In this document: piece by piece, positions 34,939 to 48,500 of the stretch
Layout: each line of letters opens with the position of its first letter
Position numbering within the stretch: position 1 is the first letter of the stretch
Assembly (NCBI RefSeq): GCF_000143415.4
Contig: NW_003314299.1
Span: 252,979-316,978, forward strand
From: Selaginella moellendorffii
Lineage: Eukaryota > Plantae > Lycopodiophyta
Length of the DNA stretch: 64,000 nt
Direction of reading: 5' to 3'
The notes under the pieces: generated by a model
Told to the model about the DNA's origin: nothing
Database searches by the model: none
What the model saw: only the letters and a program-made list of their open reading frames with translations
Made by a program: the position numbers and the translations under genes

Positions 34939-36937
34939 GAAGGATATTGTGGGTTGTACCATAATTTTTTCTTTAGTTTTGATGTTAATTCATGCCAAAC
35001 TCATGATCATGATTAGGTAAGACTTGGGTATAGGCTTTTTCAAGTTTTTGGTTCTTTAACTTTTATCCTCATTATTCCATTTGTTAGGAGTTGTTGGGGA
35101 AGGCATTTTTAGCTCATTAATTTCAATGTTGAAGTTAGTATTTGCATCTAGCAATTATTGATGATAAATGACTATCATCTTGTTAAAGTTGATTATTCTC
35201 ATTGAAAAATTTTATTGGTTGTTGTTGATGTAAAATGATGTGCCATTCTTTGGGATGGTGGATTCTTTTTTCAACGATGATTATGCATCTTTCTTTTAAT
35301 GGGAGGATTGATAATCTTTCGTGATGGTTAGTTGTTCTTTTTGATGGCTTTGGCTTTTCACATTACCACATATTCTTTGTGGTTTGCTTTGGATTGGTCT
35401 CTTGGGTTTGAGATATCGATAGGATGTTACTAACGCTTGCTTGAGCAACTTTGGTTCTTTGGTATTATTGACTAGGATCCATTCAGATTGATTCGTACGA
35501 CAGTTAGCATGAATGAGTGTTTGTTAGTCTTACTACATTCATTTTGTTTTGTTGATTGTTATTCAAGTTAGCTTTGATACATTAGGATGTCATTTCCTTC
35601 AAGTGATACATTCGCAAGAATTTTTCTTGTCTGTCAATGATACTTTGTGTTTTTCAAGTTATCTTACGTAAGTTATTTAGCATGCTCTCTACAATCTTCG
35701 ATAGTCAAGTTTTCTCATTGAGTTTACTTGATGATATATTTGCTAATGAATTTTGTTGGATGAAGTCACTAGTATGTTAAAATAGCACCAAACTTCATTT
35801 GGCTCCATTTTGCATGTTAGTCCTAGCATTAGGATGCTTGATGCTTTAGAATTATTTCAAGTCACTTGTGTTTTTGTCTTTTCGCTCCTTAAGCTATACA
35901 CTTAAAAATCATAGTTTCTTGTTTATCAGATGATAACTTGGAATACTTTTGTGTTTTAATATAAGATTTATTCACTGATAATTTAGTCTCTAAGATATCA
36001 TTGTCTTTGACTTTGATATTGTTCATCTATTGATTTTTGAGTTTGGGCCAGTATAGGCAGACTAACTTCGGCACTTCGTATGTATGGAGAAATCTTTAGT
36101 CAAGGGGTAGCTACTATCAATTGGTCACATAACGTACCTCTTTGTCGATATTCTTTATTCCGTTCAAAAGGCATGACTGTGTAAACAATTGTAGCGAATC
36201 TGAATTTGGAGCCGAACTCCAAGCCTGTTGCCCTACAAAACAAGGGTTCGGTACAATCCCAGGAGCACTAGCTCCCCGTATCTAACACCTACACGCAAAA
36301 TGGTGTCAGACGGAGTCTGGCAAAATTTTGGCATACCGGTGGCCTAACACAAGGAGGAGGGTACTCTACCGACTAGAGCAGCATGGAGCTTGGGCTTAGA
36401 CCTAAGCTGGATGCAAAACAAGGAGCGACAAAGCCTAGCAAGAGCCAAACTAATATCTCAAGTGGTTAGACATGCATTCCAACCACTATCCCTACTATAC
36501 ATTTGGAACCCCACATAGCTTCCCCCCCTTGAGGAACAACGCTTTGGACTTTCACCCCAAACCTCCCTTAGTACTAGGAGTTAATCTCTGGGACAAGCTC
36601 AAAAATTACTAAATATGGAATGGCGCTAGATTGCAAATTTGGATACAGGATGAACACCATTGTGTTTGGGCTGATCTCTACATTTCGTAAATATGCCAAA
36701 TGAGCTAATTTAGACACTTTCCATAAATAGCATTTGGGACCGAAATGAGACTAACACAAAGGGCGTGATAGCGAGATTGTTTGGTAGACACGGTAAACTA
36801 TCATCCAGCGATATTGAAGGATTAATCTCAATACACGAGGGTTCTTGCCAAGCCAGTGCAAGATAAAGCAAAAGAGAACTAACAAGCTGGGCCAAGTATG
36901 CTTAGCTAAATAAACACTTAGGAATTCCTTCCTTATG

Positions 36938-39900
36938 TGTAAGCCATAAATTTTTCCTTTCCAATTTGCCAGCTCACCTCGTCTATCCGTCCAACACTAC
37001 CTTGGCTTTTGCTAAGTTCCCTCGCCAAGGTTCCCGCCTATGGTACCAGCTCCTACTTGGTCCTACTTGGTTTCAACTACTCACTGCACGAGTAACAGAG
37101 TGTTAGCCATCCATCCACGGATTCCCAAATCTCTCCCAATCCCCCTCCCCGGGTTAGACTGGACTTAAGGTTTGGCTACATTCCCCACAAGCACAAGCAG
37201 CCAAGCACACCAAGCTTCCAGGTTCCTAACATCCCTTAGTACCACAAGACTTAATCATGGGACCCTCTAAATCCCAAGTTTTGGGTGCAACACTTGCTTC
37301 GGGATGCTAGGGCAAAACACCATGGCCTAACGGCCCGATATGGGTACCTCTACCCCCCCACTTCCATCCTGAAGGGAAGGTCCAAGCCCCTAGGAAGGGC
37401 GAGGACCAATGAGCCGCATGGTACTCAAGTGGGGCACCACTCCACATGAGCCGGGAGCATTGCAATCGGTTTCCCTTTTGGGAGTGGGAGCTGCTCTTGA
37501 GCACTTCCTTGGATGGCCCCTCCGGCACCAACCAAGTCCATGCTCACTCCCACCCAAGGCCCCTCGGTCCCAGTCTCAACCTCAAGTCGGTTTGGAAGCC
37601 CAACTGGAGAGTCCCTTCAAAACTGGTTCCTGGACCTCACTATCCCTACTATACTTTTGGAACCCCCTGCAGCCCCCCCCCCCCCCCCCCCCTGGGAGAC
37701 GGACGCTTTGGGCTTTCACCCCTTGACCCGTATTAGTACTCAGACTTAGTCTCTGGCTCGATCTCAGACTCGATCTCGGATTCGACTTCAGATTCGGTCT
37801 TGGACTCGATCTCGGACTTGATCTCGGACCTGATCTCAGACCCGACCTCGGACCCGACCTCGGACTCGACCTCGGACTCAATCTTGGACCCGATTTCGGA
37901 TCTCGGACTCCATCTCGAACTTGGTCTCCGAGTCGGCCTCGGATTCGATTCTGGACTCTATCTCGAACTCGGTCTTAGAGTCGGTCTTGGACTCGATCTT
38001 AGACTCGGTCCCATCCGATGAACTCTTTATCATTTTGGTCATGCTTTCGGGGCTCCTTTAGCCTACGACACCTCGGCGAGTTGGTTCCTTACAACTCCAC
38101 CACCCATAGAAGAAGTTCGATGCCCACATCAAACGTCTCTTTTTAATCCTACGACTTGTTGACCATGTCTCTGGGGGCATCCCCCCACTTAGCGGTGTGC
38201 TTAAGTTAGCCTCCCCGGCCAAGAGCCCATGACAACGGAATATAGGTGTCCCTATACTCCTCACCTCACCACGCCCTAGTATGGGGTCGGGACTTGAACC
38301 CAGCCTTGCTTTACTAGGGGGTTGGGACTCGAACCCAACCTTCGTAGAATACGTCTACAGATTCGACATCCCCGCAGGGAGTCAGGCGTAGTTCCCTACG
38401 CCTGGTCGACCTAGCTAACCCATGCTAATTAGCTTACCTTCGGCGTGCCTTCAGATCCCAACATATGCCATTGCTCAACTTCTCAAATTAATACTTTTAA
38501 TTGAACTTTGCATAAGTACATAGAGTTTTGCCTTGCAAAAATTCCTCCACTAGATCTCGCACGTTCGCTAGGTCCTCCTCCGGTTCCTATGTTGCTTCGC
38601 AGTGTGGAAATCCTTTCCACTTCACATAGAACTCTCTCATTTCGCGTCCTTGTCACTTGCTATTGCACGCATTAAGGATGGCCTCGACTTCGTATTCCTC
38701 CTCCCCTTGGATAACCTCAGGTAAAGGTCTTACTTGGTCCTTGCGAAGCAGATCCTCAAAATACAGCTTGAGTAAGTTCACGTGGAACATGGGGTGCATC
38801 TTCCCCATCTTTCGAGGAAGTCGGAGACGATAAGCCACTTTACCGATTCGAGCCTCAATCTCGTAAGGCCCCGCGAACCTGCTTAAGGAACTCAAGATCA
38901 ATTCATTTACAGGAATACATGCATTTTTACCTTTGGGTCAACTTCCGGCTGATCCCACTTGGCAGCTTGATGTTCTTGGTGTTCAGCCACACCTTCTCCC
39001 CAGCTTGGAACTCTACATCCCAACGCTTCTGGTTTGCGTACTTAGTTTGCCTTTGTTAAGCCCGTTCCAAGGAATCCCTCACTAGATTCCAAATGTTGAG
39101 TCTTTCCGCCATGAATGCCTCCACTGCGGGTAACTCTCCATGATACTCAGCCACGCCGCGTTCCACAGGACCTTCAATAGCTCGCCCATTGATGACTTCC
39201 CATGGACTCACCCCGATGCTTGAATGTGGTGAGTTGTTATAACACATTTCCGCAAGTCCCAAATGACTTACCCAATCGGTTTAGTCTCCCGAGACATAGC
39301 ATCGCAAATAACCCTCCAGCTGCCTATTCACCCTTTCTGTTTGTCCGTCTGTCAAGAAGTGTTAGTGCCATCAATCTTGACTTAATACCCATTACCTGTC
39401 TGTGGGTGATAGGCTGTGCTGAATTTCAACTTGGTGCGATACTGTTCTAGGAGTGTCCTCCAGAATCTACTGGTGAAGATCTTATCTCGATCTGAGATAA
39501 TCTCTTCTGGCCTTCCCCACACTCGAACCACTTGTTCGAAGAACAACTTCGCCACACCTTCCGCATCCACTCCCATTATAGTGGGTATGAAATGTGCCAT
39601 CTTTGAAAATCGATCCACCACCATGAATATTGCATCGAACCCCTCGCTTGGGGGAAGTCCCGTGATGAAGTCCATCGTAAGACATTTCCACAGACGATCT
39701 GGAATTGGGATGCTTTGTAACAAGCCCCTACTAGCCTTAGTCATGGCTTTGACTTGCTGACATGTTGGACATGTCTTTACATAGTCTTGGACATCTTTAG
39801 CCATATCTGGCCAATGGTACTTCCTCTTGAGTAAACCCATTGTCTTGGGCACTCTGCCATGTCCCGCAAGAGTTTCGTCATGACACTCTTCCAATGCTAT

Positions 39901-42900
39901 CTTCCTTAGTTCCCCTTCTGGAATATACACTTTTGTTTGCTTGTAATATATGAGTCCGTTGCGTTCCGCATAGCCCGTTTTCTCTTCCGTTGGCAGCTCA
40001 CCTCTCTGGTGAGCTTCCCGTGCCTCTAGATTCCTTAGCAACACTTCTTGTGCTAAACCATCGTTCTCGTATGCGATCCGCACATCATCCCAAAAGGTTG
40101 CTGTCGCGCTAGATATCGCCAACTTCAAGCTCGCTTTTCGACTTAGCGCATTTGCCACAATGTTGCTCTTCCCAGGCTTGTACAGAATCTCACAATCAAA
40201 CTTGGCCAAAGCATTGGCCCACTGACCTTGTTTTCCCCTCAGGTTGGGTTGTGACAAGAAGTGTTTCGTTGCCACATTATCCGTGTAAACCTTGAAGTGT
40301 CTCCTAAGATAATGTCACTACTCCTTAAGCGCTTTGACCACCGCAAACAATTCCTTCTAATGGGCAGGCCACTTTCCTTGAGCTTTGTCCAACTTCTTCG
40401 AGAAGAACACTACTGGATGGTTGTCTTGCTTCAAAACTGCGCCCAACGCAAAGTCTAAAGCATTCGTTTCTACCTCAAAGTCCTTACCAAAGTCTGGTAA
40501 CACCAACACGGGAGCCTTCCTCAACTTCCCCTTGAGGTGTACGAATGCCGCCTCGCATTCCGCTGTCCATACCATCTTCCCTTTTCTCATTTGGTCTGTT
40601 AAGGGCAGGGCTACTCTCGAATAGTGTTTGATAAACTTTCGATAGTAGTTGCATAGCCCCAGAAATGCCCTTAACTTGTGTACATTCGATGGTTGCTCCC
40701 AATCCTGGATCACTTGGACCTTCTCAGGGTCCACTTTGAGCCCGTCCTTGCCCACCACATGCCCGAGAAACTTTACCTCTTGCTAAGCAAAGTAACATTT
40801 GCTCTCTTTAGCATACAACTGGTGTTCCCTTAGTTTCTCAAACACCTTTGTTAAGTGTTTGGCATGCTCTTCTAGCGTTTCGCTATAGATCAGGATGTCG
40901 TTAATATAGAAGACCACAAAGTGATCTAGATAGGGTACAAAGATATGGTTCATCAACGCCGAAAATGTTGCCGGCGCATTGCATAGCCCGAAGGGCATCA
41001 CCAGAAACTCGAAGCTCCCATACCTCGTTTGACAGGTTGTCTTCTCGACATCTTCCTCTGCTACCCTGATCTAGTAGTATCCTAATGTTAGGTCAATCCT
41101 CGAGAAGTATTTTGCCTTTCCCAACCTATCGAACAGGTCCTCAATCCTTGGCAAAGGGTACTTATTCTTCTTTGTATATTTGTTGAGCAACCGGTAGTCT
41201 ATGCATATGCGCATAGATCCATTTTTCTTTTTCACAAATAGCACCGGCGCCCCATACGGCGACTTGCTCAACCTAACATACCCTTTGTCCACCAACTCCT
41301 CTAGTTGGCGCTTGAGCTCTGTAAGTTCTTTTTCGTTCAAACGATAGGGGGGACGAACCACTGCCTCAGCACCCTCGACCAGCTCAATCTTATGTTCTAT
41401 CGATTATGCGGGGGGCAATCCCACTGGTAGCTCCTCCGACATGGTATCCTGGAATTGGTCCAACACCTGCTGGATCACTAAAGGTACTTCTTCCATTCCT
41501 GTCTTTTTGTCACTCCTCACCGAGAGTAAGCACAAAAATGCAGCCTTGATCCCTTTAGTGAGTTGTCCTCTTGTGGACACCAGGTTTAAACACAAATCTT
41601 TGGCCTTGCATTGCCCTACTTTTAGATCCTGGGCTTCCACCCTGGATCTTCTTCTTTGGGCATTCGCTAGTACCACAAGGTTTCTACCTTGTCTATGCAG
41701 GGCTACCACGAACCGATTGAACCAATCCATCCCAAAGATCACGTCAAATCCCGCCATGTCCAACATGGTGAAATCCATGTTTACTTTCCAAGTCCTTATT
41801 TTGACTCTCGCTTGTTGAAGTACCTCATCGGTGCTTTGGTTACGTTGAACAAACTCTAAAGTCCTTGGTTTGCCTAGCCGCTGCACCGTTAGTCCAGCTT
41901 GCCAAACTATGTCTGCAGCCACAAAATTATCTGAAACACCCGTGTCAATAAGGATCTTAACAAAGCTACCCCCAAGCTTCCCTCGGAAGGCTAGTAGATG
42001 TTGCAAACGACTCTCTACCAAAGTTGCTCGTGTAATGAGTAACTTTGAGCTAGGGACTGGATCACATACCTCAGTTTGGACTTCACCTGACTTAATGGCC
42101 ATATTGGCTCTGGCCTTCTTCGGGTAGGGACATTCCCTCGAAAAGTGTCCCGCTTCACTATAGTTGTAACATACGTTGTTTCCCACGCTGCTAAAAGACT
42201 TGACCTCTCTTTTTGCTTGACTCCCCCACGTACTTGCTCACTGGCCACCGGATTTGCCTTTCCGGAACCCGGAGGACTCATTCTTAGAGAAACTCTTCTT
42301 GAATTTTCCTTTGCTATATGTTCCCCTTGGTTTGGCCCCTTTGCTAAACGTGGACCCCGACCCCGTCGTGTTCCCCTTTCGCAGGTTATTGTTGAAATGC
42401 ACCTTGATAGCCGCATTCAACGCTTCTTTGTAATTGGTCGGGTTCCAACACATCACCTCGCCACAAGCCCAGGTTTGCAAGCCTGATATGAAGGCATGGA
42501 ATGCATCCATATCCCCCATGTCCGTGACAAGTATCCTCTTTGCCATGAACCCATTCACATACTCCTAGATGGTTCTCCTCTGCTTTAGCCTACTCAGCTC
42601 ATCTCTTAGATGCAGAGTGGCATTCGGAGGAACGTATGTTGCGCGGATCCTCGCCTTCATCATGTCCCAAGTGGCCACCAGTCCTTCGTTGGCCTCCGTC
42701 GTTCTCCACCAAAACTTGGCATTATCTGCCAAGTATGGTTTTGCACATGGGACCTTCTCCGAGCTCGGTAATCACAACGCTCGGAAGTAGTCCTCCATAT
42801 TGTAAAACCAATCCTCGACCACCTTATAGTCATTCACTCCCTTGAAGACCGGTGGGGGCTTTGGTTTGTACTTAGGAACTGCCTGAGGGACTGATTCTAC

Positions 42901-44451
42901 TTCGGTCTATTCGACCTTGTTTGGTTCTGCCTTAGTCCCTGCCGAAGGGTCCGCACCTTTTGCGCTGCCAGCATCCGCAGTCTTTCTTTTTTTCTTCCGC
43001 TTTTCGTCACACTTTAGCTTGCGTACGAGAGTCTCCAGCTGCAAGGCATTGGTCTATGCCAACTGTCCTTCTAGCACGTCTAATTGAGCCTTGGACGACC
43101 GAACCTCGCCACCGGACTCCTGTTTGGAAGTTTCCTCACTAGAGTCCTCCTCATGCAAGGATTCCTCATCCATAGCCTCTCGTTCAACCAAAGGCTCTAG
43201 CTCTGGAGGAGGTTCCGTCTCCGCCTTAGTTCACTTCCGCTCTGCCTTTGCCATCTCCCAGCAATCCGCCTCTATCCATCGCTAGAACTGAGGAAAAGGG
43301 TCTGATACCAAATTGTAAGCCACAAATTTTTCCTTTCCAATTTGCCAGCTCACCTTGTCTATCCATCCCACACTGCCTTGGCTTTTGCTAAGTTCCCTCA
43401 CCAAGGTTCCTGCCTATGGTACCAGCTCCTACTTGGTCCTACTTGGTTTCAACTACTCACTGCACAAGCAACAGAGTGTTAGCCATCCATCCACAGATTC
43501 CCAAATCTCTCCTAATGCCCCTCCCCGGGTTAGACTGGACTTAAGGTTTGGTTACACTCCCCACAAGCACAAGCAGCTAAGCACACCAAGCTTCCAAGTT
43601 CCTAACATCCCTTGGTACCACAAGACTTGATCATGGGGCCCTCTAAATCCCAAGTCCTAGGTGCAACACTTGCTTCGGGACGCCGGGGCGAAACACCGTG
43701 GCCTAACGGCCCGGTATGGGTACCTCTACCCCCCCACTTCCATCCCGAAGAGAAGGTCTAAGCCCCTAGGAAGGGCGAGGACCAATGAGCCGCATAGTAC
43801 TCAAGTGGGGCACCACTCCACATGAGCCGGGAGCACTGCAGTCGGTTTCCCTTTCAAGAGTGGGAGCTGCTCTTGAGCACTTCCTTGGATGGCCTCTCCG
43901 GCACCAACTAAGTCCATGCTCACTCCCACCCAAGGCCCCTCGGTCCCAGTCCCAACCTCAAGTCAGTTTGGAAGCCCCACTGGAGAGTTCCTTCAAAACT
44001 GGTTCCTAGACCTCACTATCCCTACTATACTTTTGGAACCCCCTGCAGCCCCCCCCCCCCTCTAGGAGACGCACGCTTTGGGCTTTCACCCCTTAACCCA
44101 TATTAGTACTCGGACTTAGTCTTTGGCTCGATCTCAAACTTGATCTCAGATCTGACTTCGGATTCGGTCTCGGACTCGATCTCAGACTCGATCTCGGACC
44201 CGATCTCAGACCCAACCTCGGACTCGACCTCGGACCCGATTTCAAATCTCGGACTCCGTCTTGAACTCGGACTCGAACTCAGTCTCCGAGTTGGCCTCGG
44301 ACTCGATTCCGGACTCTATCTCGAACTCAGTCTTAGAGTCAGTCTTGGACTCGATCTTAGACTCGGTCCCATCCGATGAACTCTTTATCATTTTGGTCAT
44401 GCTTTCAGGGCTCCTTTAGCCTACGACACCTTGGCGAGTTGGTTCCTTACA
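36938..44451 (-). mobile_element. Full-length Ty3/gypsy chromovirus family A (5' LTR 43314-44451, 3' LTR 36938-38093)
   Basis: TG..CA LTRs, TSD ttatg (36933-36937, 44452-44456), PBS TGGTATCAGA (tRNA-iMet) at 43301-43310, PPT at 38094-38107. Empty site at ~50595. Confidence 0.97.
38500..43280 (-). pseudogene. gag-pol polyprotein pseudogene (gag-CCHC, PR, RT, RH, IN, chromodomain)
   Basis: [79 protein letters not shown]. Many stops; the ends given are approximate. Confidence 0.93.
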
Positions 44452-45514
44452 TTATGCTCATCCGGCCAAATATAAATGCTAAGTCCAGTTTACTAACACT
44501 TGGACAAAAGGGGCCAATAAAGGGAACCAGCAGTATTGACCTGCTGTCATGGCAGTAAGGAAAGAGTGCCCGTAAGGACTGGTTGACAAGTATCTTTCAA
44601 TACCCGAAGTCACATTTGCAACAATAACTCTAACTGCCTGGTTATAGTAGTCTATCTAAACCTTAGTTTGGTTTCTTTGTTGTAGAGGGTTGAGGCCTCT
44701 GGCTTCTCTCTCTATATATTCTTGCAGGTAGGGGCATATCATACTTTTGTAAGTTGGGTGACACCCAAAATAGCAAGGGTGGCTAACTCCATTAGTCATT
44801 TCCTTATCAACAATGGTTGAAAGGTGTCTGAGTTGGTAGTGCATCTGCGTTAGATAAAGGGGTTACGCTAACTCATTTAAATTGGTGCATTTTTCACAAA
44901 GTATGAATACTGTAAAAAAAATTTGGAGTTGTTTCCTTGGCGGTATTCTAGACTAGAGTATGCATTGACGAGGACATCGATTTTCACTAAAGGGGGGAGA
45001 ATGTCACGAATGTAACTATGGGTATTGAAAGTTACCTATTAGTTAGTCTTTTTGGATATTCTTTCCTTACTACCATGACGTGTGTTCCTTAAGGGGGGGG
45101 GATATGGGGGGTTTCAAATGTATAATAGGGATAATGGGTAGGTCAGGCATGGCTGACCAACTTGAAGCATAGTTTAGCTCCCGCTTGCATGTTTATCCTT
45201 GTTCTGCATCTGGCTTGGGTCTAATCCCAAGTTCCATTCCATATTAGCTGGTGGAGTACCCATATCCTTGCGTTAGGCCACTGGTATGTTGAAATAATGC
45301 CAAATGCCATTTGGCCCCATTTTGCATGTTGGTTTTGGCATTGGGATGCTAAATGCTCTAGGACTGTTCTAAGTTGTTCCGTACTCTTGTCCCTTCGCTT
45401 CTTGGGCTGTATGCTTGAGAGTTGCTCCATGGTCCAGTTCCATTGTTCCTTGGCTCCATGTTTAGCAGTTTGGCTCCGTATATTCGTTCAATGGCCCAAG
45501 GCCTTGAAACTCAG

Positions 45515-48500
45515 TGTGAGACACAAATCCCTAAGCCCCAAAGTGGAGCTGAAGGGTGCCACGTGGTAGTGGCCGAAGCAAAAGCCAAACGAGCGTAACA
45601 TGTTTGGACGAAAAGGCTCCGACTTGAAAGGTTGAGAGCGGGAGTGGAACTCCCAACGGAGTGCTCAAGGAACGAGCATGAAGCGAGCAATAAGCGAGGC
45701 TCCAAAAAGGGACCCAAAAGGACCAACACATGACACGTGGAAGTGTCCAAGATGGAGTTTGAGATGGACCCGAGTTGGAGTCCGAGGTGGAGTCCGAGAT
45801 GGAGTCCGAGATGGACCCGAGTTGGAGTCTGAGGTGGAGTCCGAGGTGGAGTCCGAGATGGACCTGAGTTGGAGTCCGAGGTGGAGTCTGAGATGGAGTC
45901 TGAGATGGACCCAGATGGAGTCCGAGATGGAGTCCAAGATGGAGTCCAAGATGGACTCGAGTTGGAGTTTGAGGTGGAGTTCAAGATGGAGTCCGAGATG
46001 GACCGAGATGGAGTCTGAGATGGACCCGAGATGGACACGAGATGGAGTTTGAGATGGAGTCCGAGACGGAGTCCGAGATGGAGTCCGAGATGGATCCGAG
46101 ATGGAGTTCGAGAAGGACCCGAGATGGAGTCCGAGGTCGAGATCGAGGTCGGGACCGAGACCGAGACCGAGACCGAAACCGAAACCGAGACCGGGACCGA
46201 GACCGGGACCGGGACCGAGACCGAGAACAAGACTGAGATCGGGACCGAGACCGAGACCGAGGCCGAGACCAAGCCCGCGTCCGAGTCCGAGTCCAAGTCT
46301 GAGTCTGAGTCCGAGTTTGAGTCCGAGTCCGAGTCCGAGTCCGAGTCCGAGTCCGAGTCCAAGTCTGAGAGGGTGAAAGCCCAAAGCATTCATCTCCCAG
46401 ACCCTGGGGGTTTTGGTGAGCTCCAAAAGTATAGTAGGGGGAGGATTGCAGTGGAGCCAGTTTGGCCAGGAAAGGCCAGTTTGGCCCAGGAAGGCCATAC
46501 CCAGTGTTGGGTGATGAACTGACCACTGGGAAGTCCAAAACTAGAGTGAATATGGACCAACAAGCAGGGTAGCTTGGTGAAGTGTTCAAGAACCGGCTCT
46601 AGTTTCCCCGGGAGATCGACTGGCCGATGCTCCCAGTCCAAGTGTGGGTGGCACTACCTACTTGGATACCTGGTGTGGCTCAACGGAACCTCGCTCTAAG
46701 CTCATGGCTAGAGCACCCAAAGGTGGAAGGCAGGGAGAGTACCCACGAGGCTTGCATAAGACCACAGTGTTCCAAAGTGTTGTCCCAAAGACTTAGACTG
46801 TGGGAAGGAAGAGGAGTAGTCCTCTGGTGTAGTGACCAAAGATATAGTCGTGTGGTGAGGAAGTCCCAGAAGACTGTAGGACTTAGTGGTCGGGCCGGTG
46901 GGCCTTGAGCCAGTGGCAGTGTTGGCGAACACGGCTAAGGACAGAGAGGGACTTGGTGGGGACCAGAAAGGAGATATTGGGGAAGGCTATTCCCCATGTC
47001 TGTGGGCATCCTAAGGATGCTAAGGAGTGGATCTGGGATGACCACTCATAGGCGGATGGCCCAGTTTTGGAAAGACGGGATTGCAATGCAAATGGTGTTG
47101 GACTACCGATGTGACCAAGGTGATTGGGCATGGCCTAGTGTAACGGGCTGGTATGTTGGTGGTGCCTTGGGGTGTCGGTCATGGGACCGGACAGGTGGAG
47201 CACTTGGACCAAGTGCAAAGGTTAAGTGACATGGATGCCATTCTCGGGGCTAGCAAGCCCTAAGTCCTGAGAGGGACTTATGGAGGTTGTGAATGAGGCT
47301 CCTCCAAATGGTCAGAGGTGTGGTTAAGTGACTAAAGTAGAATGGAAAAAATTAGTCGCTTACAATTTGGTATCGGAGCTGTTCCTTAGTCCGACTTTTA
47401 TTGGTACTGAAGTATATCACCAATAGGAAGGTCCTAGGAGTGGGCTTGTCCTTGAGGAGTAGCAAGTCAGGAAGATATGGCTCTCCACTACAGTTCACAT
47501 GTGAACTTGTAGGCAAGGTGGTGGATAGAAAAGGGCCAATGATGGAACGACTTTGGGATCCTGGGAACAGTGCAAGGTTTTCCTCATTGAGTTTAGGATG
47601 TGATTTAGATGAGTGTTTGACTCAGCAAACTGGCTAATATAGTTGTGGTAAACAACTATAGTTGGGATCATAGGGAAGATAGAGACTCCAAAACGATAAA
47701 GGAGTCACAAGATTACCCTCATGAAGTTGAGGCTGGTGCTCATGAATTTGAGACCAGAAGTAATGACCGCGAGAGGTCAAATACAGAAAAGGACACAAGT
47801 CCTTGAAATAGTAGCCAGAGCTACCTCTAATAAATGTTGGAATAACCCAAAGAGTTGGGGGTGTATTTAGAGGATGAGTTGGTATTCTTATCACATGGAC
47901 AAGTGGTCCTAAGGGGTGAAAGGTTGCCCCTAGAGAACAAATCAAGTGTCGGAGTAACACTTGCAAAAAATGGTCCTTATGAGTAGGACATGAATACAAG
48001 GAGTTGTATTCCAATGAGTTAGCATCTCAAAAGTAAGACCTCATAAGTCGTCGGATTAACAAAGTTCAAAATGTTCAATATCTCCAATAGAGTCAAGGAA
48101 TAATACTAAGGGCTTGAGGAAAGCATTTGGACTGAGGTGTGTGGTGCCCCACGAAGGATGGGGAGGATCTTGAGATCCAAGCATGGGAGCAATATGTATC
48201 TCATTGATGGCAGAAGGTGCCATGCTAAAATCGTGGGAAAGAGTTTCCCAGAAGAAAACAACTTTGACACAAAGTTGTGCATAAACTCTATGGTGCAGTG
48301 CTAATGGATAATTGGCCTAAGAGACAACCATATTGGTCTTGGCAAAAATATTTGGACACAAGTAAGAAGTGTCATAAAGGTAGGCTTGTGGAGCCGATGA
48401 TGTGGAGACACCGAAGGTGCCAAAGCGTGCTGCCTTGAGGTCAAGTTAGTGGGTTCATAAGAACCCCTTCCAAAGGAATCCCAATGGAAATGGGAATAGT

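Larger units (their letters stand above)
36190..44623 (-). repeat. Solo LTR of a family C relative (~915 bp: 36190-36937 + 44457-44623), interrupted by the chromovirus
   Basis: Minus-strand TGTTGCAAATGTGACTTC...ATTCGCTACA, homologous to 50427-50859. Flanks acaat/ataac may be a decayed TSD. Confidence 0.7.
1719..45514 (+). mobile_element. Old decayed LTR element family C (host scaffold). Pieces: 1719-2448, 14975-15783, 22117-23362, 34939-36189, 44624-45001, and 3' LTR part 45002-45514
   Basis: From ~1915 to ~35990 the T/G-rich pieces join collinearly once insertions are removed and match 50860-54510 on the opposite strand. PPT ..GAGGACATCGATTTTCACTAAAGGGGGGAGAA precedes TGTCACGAAT at 45002 (gypsy-like junction). 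No intact ORFs. Assignment of 44624-45001 is less certain. Confidence 0.7.

Noticed and set aside
43301-43310. tRNA-like sequences TGGTATCAGA
   Set aside because: These are primer-binding sites next to LTRs, not tRNA genes.
45511-46589. Long SD/RT/LG/ES-repeat ORFs (also 738-1026, 15767-16757, 20436-21280, 37582-38021, 44140-44379)
   Set aside because: Translations of stop-free LTR hexamer arrays, open in several frames on both strands.
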